Below are positions 41,473 to 52,492 of a DNA stretch of 64,000 bases, piece after piece; positions within the stretch are counted from its first letter, which is position 1, and each line of letters begins with the position of its first letter. The stretch is from Octopus vulgaris (lineage: Eukaryota): assembly GCA_951406725.2 (NCBI GenBank), contig OX597827.1, forward strand, positions 4,526,001-4,590,000, in the 5' to 3' direction. The notes below the pieces were generated by a model that saw only the letters and a list, made by a program, of their open reading frames with translations, did no database searches and was not told the DNA's origin. A program made the translations under genes and the position numbers.

Positions 41473-41870
41473 GGCGCAGGAGTGCCTGTGTGGTAAATAG
41501 CTTGCTTACCAACCACATGGTTCCGGGTTCATTCCCACTGCGTGGCACCTTGGGCAAGTGTCTTCTACTACAACCTTGGGCCAACCAAAGCCTTGTGAGT
41601 AGATTTGGTAGACGGAAACTGAAAGATGCCCATCATATATATGTATATGTGTGTGTATATGTTTGTGTGTCTGTGTTTGTCCCGCAGCATTGCTTGACAA
41701 CCGATGGTGGTGTGTTTACTTCCCCGTAACTTAGCGGTTCAGCAAAAGAGACCAATAGAATAAGAACTAGGCTTCTAAAGAATAAGTCCTGGGGTCGATT
41801 TGCTGGACTAAAAGTGGTGCTCCAACATGGCTGCAGTCAAATGACTGAAACAAGTAAAAGAGCAAAAGAA
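41473..41870 (+). mobile_element. SINE family A, full length
   Basis: Head GGCGCAGGAG and tail CAGTCAAATGACTGAAACAAGTAAAAGAG. Confidence 0.93.
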
Positions 41871-41928
41871 TATATATAGATATGTATGTGTATGTATATA
41901 TACATTTATATATAGATATGTATTTGTA

Positions 41929-41969
<41 letters not shown>

Positions 41970-41970
<1 letters not shown>

Positions 41971-42355
41971 CTAGCAGTATCGCCCGGCGTTGCTCGGGTT
42001 TGTTTCGATCCTTTAGAATTGAAAAGTAAAAATTTTGCATAATGTAGCTTGTTATTCTCTTTGATTGAACTTTTTTCTGGTTGAAATACACCGGAAAATG
42101 GCGACACAGCAGTAAAAAAATCGTAAAAAATAGGCATTTTCATAGAAGAAAAGCACCTTTTTGATGTAAAAATTTTGTTGGTGTTAACATGGTCCGATTT
42201 GAATTTTTCTTCTACGGAGGGAAGAGCAAGCCTTCTTCTATCATACTCTCAATTTTGGTCAACATGCGCTGCAGGGTCTCGGAGGAGATAGTGTTAGTTG
42301 AAGGCTATCAAACCTGCCATACACAGACAACTTAAGCTTTATATATATAGAGAGA
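41970..42355 (-). mobile_element. Non-autonomous Helitron
   Basis: Minus strand: 5' ATCTC..TATATATAAAGC, 3' hairpin CCCGAGCAACGCCGGG followed by CTAG|T. Confidence 0.8.
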
Positions 42356-42479
42356 TATGAAATATAGAGGTTTAGTTCACAAGTGATCTAAACGATCAGG
42401 TACGCTAGGACTCCAAAGTTATACCTGCGACGGTAGTTGTGGCACCATTGCAGATTTCCAATATAGCCGATATATAATT

Positions 42480-42810
42480 GTTAAAGAGGATAACAAACGT
42501 TAAGGCAAGGCAAACATCTTAAGTCATATACATTATTATTATTTGAAAAATGGCTATTTCTGGGATCACCCAGAGTATGGGATTTTCTGTGATCAGGGAT
42601 AAATAGGGAAAATGATGACACAGAGGACAGGAGTAAAGGAATAAGGAGATGAATTAAGAGATGAAAAAGGCAGCATAAATGTTCACAGTTCAACTTTCTG
42701 CTCTTGTAGAAATAAGTCCATAAGTCCTTAGGTGCAATTGTGTAAATCCATGTGGTTTAAAGTCCTGATATTGTAAACATCCAGAAAAAAACACGTGAAC
42801 ATATCAACGT
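42480..42810 (-). mobile_element. PLE 3' relic: endonuclease C-terminus plus degenerate hammerhead
   Basis: The minus strand gives frameshifted FWM..RTL.PHG (compare the PLE motif FWI..L.TL.P.GLN), then CTGATCA...ATCCCAGAAATAGC, shared with the 59843 element. Confidence 0.5.
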
Positions 42811-45107
42811 TCAATAAGAGAATGTTAGTTGGGTGGCTATTAAGTGGTAAAAAGAAAGAAAAGTAAATAAATAGAAAGAGAGGTAGATAGAGTGAGAGGA
42901 GAAGTTAAGGATTGACTTTAAGGATGCAATAAGGTATATAAACATATAGTGTCTAAGAATATAGTGTACAAAGATAGCCAAGAAAATAAGAATGAGGAGG
43001 AGGCAGAGCAAGAGAAAATGAAAAAATAAACATGAATATATATATATGTGTGTTTGTGTGTGTGTAGTAGCCTCATTTGATGCAAGTTGTATTTTGTCAT
43101 TGATTTACATTAATATACTTGTGGATACAAAATATACTAAATATTTTAAAAGTAAGTTTTAAAGATTATAAAAATGTATTTCACCTTTGTCTTAGAAGAG
43201 CAGTAAATAATTCTGAACATTAAAAGCATGGTAACAGGTCTAAAATTTCAACTGCTTCAATTAAACATTAAAATGCATTAGGATAATACAGAATCATTTT
43301 TTTATAGTAGAAGAAAGAGTATGTTTCGTTGGGTTTTTAAGTTACAAGGCTGACAAAACTATTTGATAAATTTTTGGAATAATTTTAAAAGCTTGGACCT
43401 TCTATTTTATAACATATTAGGTTACAAGTAATTTATTTTTATGAAATACGAACACCTAGAATGAATACATGTGCTTTGTTAAGTGATTCAGTTTTATCAA
43501 TGGCGTTTCTTGGATCAATAAAGAATTTAATATATGAGTATAAAAACAATGATTTATACTCCTAAGCTACTAAGAGCTTATTTCAACCTTTCTGTTTGGA
43601 ACATAGCATTGGTTTGGTATTCTATGTTTCTTTCATTGAAAATTAGACTTTGGCATCCATTTCAGAATTTGTATCAAGTCTATTTGAAATGATAGATAAA
43701 ATCTAAAATAATTGTTGTAGTAGAATAAATTTTATTTAAATCAAATGAATTTGCAATATATACATTCTTGTTTTTTCCATCAGTGGGAATAATATGAAGC
43801 CGCTAGTTGTCAAAAAACAAAAACATATGCCAAGATCAAGATGCAGTGCTTCATCATATACAAATGTTTATATTGAGATCTAAAAGTTAAGATGAAGCAG
43901 CATATATTAATATTAATATAGTGGAAATAAAAGAAATGTGGTTTTGGTGCACATTGAAGAGAACTAGACACGATATTTTATGATATCTACTTCTGATTTC
44001 ATGGTTTGGTGATAAAATCCTGAAATTACTGGCTTTGTCTTTCCTGGGTTGGTGGCTAAAATATATTCAATATTCTGAAAAAATGTGTAACAGGACACAG
44101 TTTGAGACATTCTATTTGAATCACATTCATACATTAATAATAATTAAGTTTCCACTACTCATATAACGGCTTCTACTCCTTAAAGATAGCTGGGCTCATT
44201 TTTTCACTCAAGCATTTCCAACCCGCTTGTCTCTCCTACTCTCATCAGCCTTGTTATCTCTCCACCAAGTCCTGCAGTATTCACTCTGTCCAGTCCTTCC
44301 TCACTAGAACATCTTTCCTCTAGAGTCTCACAGACATTGTGAGAGTACATGTGAGAGCACACTGTCTTCTGCTGACCCAGCAAATCAAAAATTCAAATTA
44401 AAAAAAAAAAAAAGAACTGGAAGTTGTGAATTGATAACTGGTAAATTTAAGAAAAATGAACTCTATCAAAATGTAATATGTAAGGTATCATGAATCACTG
44501 TTAATTTTGTGAGAATGTGAGAATATAAGAGTAATAGAGTGGGTATAAACATAGTAAATAGAAAGCTATATTTCATAACTTAAGTTTGCTTGAATATGAA
44601 TTGTAGTTATTGTGGTTTGTATCTTCATTAGTGCTAATTTCTTTTATATCTGTAAATCTGTAATATTTTGGAGTTTTCAAGTACTATATAACTTAAGTGT
44701 AATGATATCTGTAAAGCTATAATTAAATTATGTAACTTAAAGAATATATTAAATGTTATAAAGTTAAATGGAATTGAAATATCAATCACTGCAAAGGTAT
44801 AGTAACAATGGAGAGTTAATTTACTATATAAATTTGTAGCCAGCCCTCATATGCAAGTATGTATGGTTTGGTTTCACTAATTGTTTTAGGTGCCAACGTA
44901 TCATCATCAAGCATTCGCACCCTCTTTGTCCTCTCACCCTTGACTCAGAGCAACATACTAGATATGAAAGCTGGAGGGAGAGAAGGTTGTATTTGTTGTC
45001 TGGCTGATACTCATTACTGTTGAGTAAACTGGAGTAATATGAAATGAAGAGTCTTGCTCAAGGATACAATGCACTGTCCAGTCTAAGAAGTGAACCCATA
45101 ATCTTAT

Positions 45108-45696
45108 GATTGTAAAGTAAACATCCTAACTACTGAGTCACACACTTGCACAATTTACCATATAGGGTTAAATTGTTTACTTTTGTTATCTCCTGTAATT
45201 CAAAATTAAGAGATGATTTAACTGTTGCAGTTACATCCCAGAGTCAAAGCATCACTGAAATTGTCTGCTTCCTTCAGTGTTGAGAAAATAGTGAACAGTG
45301 AGTGTAACAAATAAATAAGGTGTGGTGAGGGAGAGTGACATAAGGTTTAAGTTTTGAAATAAAGAAATGAGCAAATATTAAACTACTGTGAGTAGTTTAT
45401 TTACTGCATGATAAACTTTATCCTTATTAGATGATAGAAGACGTGAACAAATATTGTAAATGTTATACATGCACATACTTATAAATTCTGATGCTTAATA
45501 TATAATATACAATTCTCAGATATGTCCTACAGATAGACTGTAATCAGTTAATGAGAAAATTAATACAACCATCCTGAAATATGAAACATACAAATTCAAT
45601 GGTTCCATATAGTGAAATTTTCATGGCAATATTATGTGTATGTATAGAAGTACATATTTGTAGTTGTGCAAATGTGTGAGTATATGCAAAACATGT

Positions 45697-45738
<42 letters not shown>

Positions 45739-45847
45739 ACATACATATACATATATATATATGTATGTAAACATACATACATATATGTATATGTATGTGT
45801 ATATATATATATTTGTATAAGTGCAAGCAGATATAAGTGCATGCTTA

Positions 45848-45880
<33 letters not shown>

Positions 45881-46589
45881 TCAGGAAGTAAATCCACAGC
45901 CTAATGATTGTAAAGCAAACATCCTCACCACTGAGCCACATGCTTTTACAATTTACCATACAGTGTCAGATTGTTTTCTTTTGCTATATCCAGTATATAT
46001 CCAAAATTGAGAAATAATTTAACTGTTGCAGGTACATCCCAGAGTCAAAGCATCACTGAAATTGTCTGCTAGCTTCAGTGTTGAGAAAATGGCAAATAGT
46101 AAGTGTAACAAGTGGATAAGGTGTGGTGGGGGAGAGTAGCATAAGGTTTAAGTTTTGAAATAAAGAAATGAGAAAATATTAAATTGCTGTGAGTAGATTA
46201 TTTACTGCATGATAAACTTTTATCTTAATAAGCGTTTTCAAATATTGGATGATAGAAAATATGAATGAATGTTTTAAATGTTATATATGCACATACATAC
46301 AAATTCTGTTGCATACTATACAATTCACAGTTATCAGACATGACCTACTGATAGACTGAAAACTATTATCTTTTACATTATACTTTTTACTCACTTCAGT
46401 CATTAGACAACAGCCATTCTGGGACACCACCTTGAAGAAGAAGTTTTAGCTGAATGAATTGATCCCAGTAGTCTTTTTTTCTTAAGCCTGGTCCTTATTC
46501 TGTCTGTGTTTTTGCCGAACCACTAAGTTACAAGGACATAAACACACTAACATTGGTTTGCAAGTGGTGATAGGGATCACACATACAAA

Positions 46590-46630
<41 letters not shown>

Positions 46631-46880
46631 TATATACATATATGACAAGCTTCTTTTCAGTTTCTGTCTACCAAATCTACTCACAAGGCTTTGGTTAGCC
46701 TGAGGCTATAGTAGAAGATACTTGCTCAAGGTGCCACACAGTAGGACTGAAACCAGAACCATATGATTGGGAGGCAGACATGTGCTTATTAATGAGAAAA
46801 CTAATAAAATCATCCTGAAATATATACATACATGAAAACTTACACACCATGCAGTGAAATTTTCTTGGCTATACATGTAA
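45108..46880 (+). repeat. Old local tandem duplication (about 800-bp unit); the second copy carries a SINE insertion
   Basis: 45108-45540 aligns with 45907-46340, and 45548-45630 aligns with 46789-46872 after the SINE. Confidence 0.9.
46383..46780 (-). mobile_element. Older SINE family A copy
   Basis: Reverse-complement tail TTCAGTCATT, CTACCAAATCTACTCACAAGGC and GGACTGAAACC. Confidence 0.85.
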
Positions 46881-47787
46881 GTTATGTTTGAATGCATATA
46901 TGCATGTGTGTGTGCATTTATGTATGTATATAGGTATATATTTGTAGATGTGTAAATCTGTATATATATATATATTTATATAGTATCCATGTATGTATAT
47001 ATATATATATATATTTATATAGTATCCATGTATGTATATATATATATATATATATCTTAATATTTGTACATGTGAGAATAGGGAAGCTTGCATCCATCCA
47101 TATATATAAGCACAAATTTGTATATGTTTGAATGCACTATTTATTCATAATTATATATATGTATCTTATTTAAGTATGTGAGCTTTTTTTTTTGTAGAGC
47201 TGAAAAATAATTGTAAAATGAAATTGAGTAAAAAAAACCACTGTAAAAGGAAAAAAAAACCCTATACATTTCTATTTTAGGATACCTCTTATATAAACTA
47301 TCATTAAAAGTTTATGCTATACATGAACTCATAAATGTAAAAAATATGTTTGTTTTTGAAGAAAAGTAATTTTTAAAAAAATATATAAAAAAGATTAATA
47401 ATAATGAAAGTAAATTTAGTCAGTCTCCTCTGTTTCAGTGCTTTACCATCATCCTTTTTCTCTTACTGTTAGTTAAATTTTTCTATTTGTCTACTTGTAC
47501 TAACAAAATAAATATGTAATTTGTTAATTTATAAATAGTAAAATAATCTGTGAAATAATTCTAATGTGGTAGACTATGAAAAAAGTCACAGAAAATTTCT
47601 ATTTATAAATATGCTATTTTGTTACAGTATAATTATTTATATAAAATTAGTAGCTAATTTCGAATCATTTGAGACAGACAATAATATTGATTTGCCTGTT
47701 CCACTATAAATCCATACATTCTTATCATTACTAAGTCAGTAAAAAGCTTTTGTGATACAACTAGGAGAAACTTATCGCTTTTCTCAG

Positions 47788-47802
47788 ATCAGACAAATGC
47801 AG
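47788..47802 (+). other. Candidate micro-exon or exon end with a strong donor
   Basis: GCTTTTCTCAG|ATCAGACAAATGCAG|GTAAGT, a consensus 5' splice site. Confidence 0.3.
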
Positions 47803-48101
47803 GTAAGTAATTTGTTAATGCAGGTAGGTAGATGAAAGTTACATACTTACACACAATAGTTTTAAGCTTTTACACAAACAATTCTAAGATACATGTTAAT
47901 TTAATTGTGATTTTCTTATATAGTGGGAATAAGATTTGTTGAAGCAAATATTGAAAAAAAAAAAGAACATGTTTTTCTTTTACTATACTGATAGCTGTGT
48001 ATATTCAAAGCTTCTCTTAACAAGAAATAGGTATGGAAAAGAAAAAGTAGAAGAAATAACTACTCACCAAGATAAGTAAATAGGTTCCAGTTTATCATTA
48101 G

Positions 48102-48174
48102 ATGCGATGTGTATCCTGCTGTAGAATTGTATCGTTACTGCTGCTGTTGTGTGCTGGCAGTACTGTGTACTTTG
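48102..48174 (+). CDS. Candidate first coding exon encoding a signal peptide or anchor (MRCVSCCRIVSLLLLLCAGSTVYFG)
   Basis: ATG directly after an in-frame stop, basic n-region, Leu-rich h-region and a possible phase-1 donor G|GTCTGT; the donor is weak and no downstream partner was found. Confidence 0.25.
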
Positions 48175-48439
48175 GTCTGTGATATTGTATGGATGTATGA
48201 GAGAGAGATAGAGAGAGAGTGATAGAGAGGTCTGCAACCTATCAAGTGTGGTGTATGTAATATCTGCTACAGCCAATGACAAGCTGTTTATGGTTCCCAT
48301 GGAAGGGAAACAAAAACTCTATTACTTTAGATTCTTGCTGCAAAGAAGTTAATAAAAGAATGAGTCACATATAATCCAATAAACATTCATTTAAATGTAT
48401 TTTTGTGTATGATTAAATGTTTGTGTAAACATGTGTATT

Positions 48440-49077
48440 TTATGTATATGTAGGTATATGTATACACACACGCACACAAACACACACGCACCCACACACA
48501 CACACACACAAACATATACCTATACAGACGTATATGTATATGTAATTATATGTATGTATATGTATGTGTATATATATATATTTATTTGTGTATATATGTC
48601 TAAGTATATATATGTATATAAATGTGTGTGCATATGTACATGTATATATATATCAGTATATGTATATATATTTATATGTACATATGTATGTATGTATGTA
48701 GGTATGTATATATATATATATTTGTTTGTATATGTGTATATATATGTATATATATATATGTATATGTTTGTATATATATGTATATGTATATATATATATG
48801 TGTATATATATGTATGTATATGTATATATGTATATATATGTATATGTATGTATAAATATGTATATATATGTTTATATATAAATATATATATACATATATA
48901 TGTAAGTATATATGTATATATATATATACATATATATGTAAGTATATATGTATATGTATATATATATACATATATACTTACATATATATGTATATATCTT
49001 TGCATATATGTGTATATATATATGTATTTTTAAATGATTATACAAATATATATGCATATATATATATATGTTTATAC

Positions 49078-49111
<34 letters not shown>

Positions 49112-49220
49112 ATATGTTTATATATACGTATTTACATATATATGTATATATATAAATACATATATATACATATATGTGTATACATATATATATCTATATA
49201 TATATGTTTATACGCATATA
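48440..49220. repeat. Degenerate (TA)/(TG) microsatellite field
   Basis: Directly visible; similar fields at 41085-41470, 49520-49980 and 52180-53090. Confidence 0.95.
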
Positions 49221-49221
49221 T

Positions 49222-49517
49222 GTTTGTTTGTTCCTTTTCAAGCCATGCCTGGCTCATAGGGGCCGGTTTCCTTGGTGTATAGGTTCTCCACCTGGACGGG
49301 ACACCAGTCCATCGCAGGTGAACTGCAAGATGCAGGAGGAAAGAGTGAGTGAAAGTTGTGGTGAAAGAGTCAGCAGAAGTTCGCCATTACCTTCTGCCGG
49401 AGTCGCGTGGAGCTTAGGTGTTTCGCTGATAAACACGCACATCGTCCAGTCTGAGATTTGAATCCACAATCCCTTGACTGTGAGTCTGCTGCTCTTACCC
49501 CAAGGCCATGTGCCTCC
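49222..49517 (-). mobile_element. Chimeric SINE: family B head and body with a family C 3' domain
   Basis: 5' part matches family B (AAGCTCCACG..CTCTTTCACCACAACTTTC); 3' part GATGGACTGGTGTCCCGTCCAG..GAAACCGGCCCCTATGAGCC matches family C. Confidence 0.8.
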
Positions 49518-49618
49518 ACATATACCTATATATGTTTATATATATGTATATGTATATATATATATACGTATATCTATCTATCTATATGTATATATATGTA
49601 TATATATATGTATATATG

Positions 49619-49649
<31 letters not shown>

Positions 49650-49845
49650 GTATATATGCATATATATGTATATATATATGTATATATATGTATATATGTA
49701 CATATATATGTATATATATATATATGTATATATATATGTATCTATATATATATATATATGTATATATATATGCATACATATATGTATATTGTATATATAT
49801 ATATGTATATATATATATATGTATATATATATGTATATAAATATG

Positions 49846-49876
<31 letters not shown>

Positions 49877-49980
49877 GTATATATATATGTATATATATAT
49901 ATTTATGTATATATATGTGTATATAATATATATATATGTATACATATATATGTATATATGTATAAGTATATATATATATA

Positions 49981-50521
49981 AATCCTTAAAAATGTTTTAG
50001 CCCGAAGGACGTGGCTATGCTGGGGCACCACCGCTGAATGAGCTACACTAATGTGTGAATCCACCTCTGATACGTGGCACTTGGTCAACAAGGGAGTTTG
50101 GTGCCGCTGCCCGCATCTGTGTCTCCTGTCGTGAGGTAGGTTCATGTGGGACCCCTGACAGAAAGAGATCCAGTTTAATTTTAAAGAAACCTACATCCAC
50201 ACCATGCAAGTCTCTCAGGCATTTAGGGAGGATGTTAAAGAGCTGTGGTCCTCTGAAACCCAAGCTATTGCTGTATCTGGTCCTGTATTTTGATGGTGAT
50301 GTTGGAATATTTGGCACCATGCAGTGGCGCCCCGCTCTGCGGTTGGGGTAACTTTGAATGCCAAAGTTTGGGACAAGACCCTCCAGGGTTTTCCAGATAT
50401 ATATTACCGCATATCTCTCCCACCTTCGCTCTAGGGAGAAGAGATTTTAATACTTTCAGTCTTTCCCAGTAGCTGATATTTTGCATTGAGACGATCTTCT
50501 TTGTGTAGCTTCTTTGAATTG
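49981..50521 (-). mobile_element. CR1-group LINE 3' end
   Basis: ISYWERLKVL, NSLGFRGPQLFNILPKCLRD, FKIKLDLFLSGVP, followed by the tail GGTGGTGCCCCAGCATAGCCACGTCCTTCGGGCTAAAAC. Confidence 0.9.
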
Positions 50522-50578
50522 TATATATATGTATATATATATATGTATAGGAAGGTCTGGAGATGATGTACAGGTATT

Positions 50579-50867
50579 ATATATTAGAAGAAATGAGGTA
50601 ATCAGAAGATCGGATGGTTTATATTTACAGATATTTATTTGTATATTACATTTTTTATATATATATATATATCATATCACTTAGATCATTAGCGCTTTCT
50701 CCCATTCTAGTGGGGTTTTCAAATTGATTTGAAAACCCCACTAGAATGGGAGAAAGCATTAATACATGATCTCAGTTATATGATATATATAAAAAATGTA
50801 ATATACAAATAAATAGCTGTAAATATAAACCATCCGATTTTCTGAGTACCTCATTTCTTCTAATATA
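50579..50867. repeat. Fold-back element (about 145-bp arms) with a degenerate hammerhead-like motif at the axis
   Basis: Arms TATTAGAAGAAATGAGGTA... / ...TACCTCATTTCTTCTAATA; centre TTTCTCCCATTCTAGTGGGGTTTTCAAAT-TG-ATTTGAAAACCCCACTAGAATGGGAGAAA. Confidence 0.9.
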
Positions 50868-50879
50868 TATATATATTTT

Positions 50880-50963
<84 letters not shown>

Positions 50964-51041
50964 TATATATATATATGTAAATATATATATGTATATATAT
51001 ATATATATGTGTATATATATATGTGTATATATATATATGTG

Positions 51042-51072
<31 letters not shown>

Positions 51073-51415
51073 GTAAATGTAAAAAATACAAACTGGGACA
51101 AGAACGTGAAACATTTAGAAGACGATACAAAAAACACGGACAGGACATTCGAAGCCTTCAATCTTCAGTCAAGAACCGGACAATCTTCGCAATTTCGGCT
51201 GATTAATCTTGAGATTGCTCCGATCTGGCCAGCCCCAAAGGAAAATCTAAGCCAAGTGCATTAGATTCCTTGGAAGAAAGATATGTATATATGTATATAT
51301 ATATATATGTATTTATATGTATATATATATGTATTTATATGTATATATATATGTATATATATGTATTTATATATATGTAAATATGTATATATATAGTATA
51401 TATATGTGTATATAC

Positions 51416-51772
51416 ACTTTTACTCTTTTATTTGTTCCAGTCATTTTATTGCGGCCATGCTGGAGCACTGCCTTTAGTTGAGAAAATTGACCCCAGGACT
51501 TATTCTTTGTAAGCCTAGTAGTTTTTCTATCAGTCTCTTTTGCCAAACCACTAAGTTACGGGGGACATAAACACACCAGCAGTGGGTGTCAAGTGATGTT
51601 GGCGGGGGGGACAAACACAGACATATACACACATATGCACACATATATATATATATACATATATGCGACAGGCTTCTTTCAATTTCTCTCTATCAAATCC
51701 ACTCACAATTCTCTTGTCGGCCAGAGGCTATAGTAGAAGACACTTGCCCAAGAAGCTACACAGCGGGACTGA
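51416..51772 (-). mobile_element. SINE family A, 5'-truncated
   Basis: Reverse complement of family A, ending at the B-box. Confidence 0.88.
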
Positions 51773-51903
51773 ATATGTATATGTATGTGTATATATATAT
51801 GTATATATGTTTATATATATGTGTGTGTGTATATATATGTATATATGTATGCATGAGTGGAATATAATAATATAATATGTTTTTGTATATATATAGTTAG
51901 TGT

Positions 51904-52176
51904 GGAGGCGCAATGGCCTAGTGGTTAGGGCAGCGGACTCGCAGTCGCAGGATCGCGGTTTCGATTCCCAGACCGGGCGTTGTGAGTGTTTATTGAGCGA
52001 AAACACCGGCAGGGGGTGGTGATCCCTGCTGTACTCTTTCACCACTCTTTCTTCTGTTGGCCTGCTCGCTTAGCCAGCGGGGTGGCGTCATTCGAAGGCT
52101 AAAACAATGGAAACGCATTGTGACCAGCGATGTGTAACAATATCTGATGGTCTGGTCGGTCACGTGATCACGTGAT
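51904..52176 (+). mobile_element. SINE family B with small internal deletions
   Basis: Head GGAGGCGCAATGGCCTAGTGGTTAGGG; tail CACGTGATCACGTGAT running into (TA)n. Confidence 0.92.
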
Positions 52177-52430
52177 ATATATATATATATATATATATGT
52201 AAATATATGTATATATATATGTATATATGTGTATATATATACATATGTAAACATGTACATATATATATACATGTATATATATCGTGTATGTATGGATATG
52301 TATATATGTATATGTATATATGTGTATAGATATATGTATATATTTATGTAATATCTATATATATATATGTATATATATGTATGTGTATATGTATATGTAT
52401 GTGTATATATATAAATATATATATATATAT

Positions 52431-52492
52431 TTGATTTTGATTTTGATTTTTTAGTTTCAGCTCATGAGCTGTGGCCATGCTGGGGCACCGCC
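52431..52492 (-). mobile_element. Short LINE/SINE tail variant with an (AAAATC)n end
   Basis: Minus strand GGCGGTGCCCCAGCATGGCCACAGCTCATGAGCTGAAACT-AAAAAATC(AAAATC)n. Confidence 0.7.

Noticed and set aside
44205-44250. Minus-strand CTGATGAG...GAAA
   Set aside because: No stem II or stem I pairing, so it is not a hammerhead.
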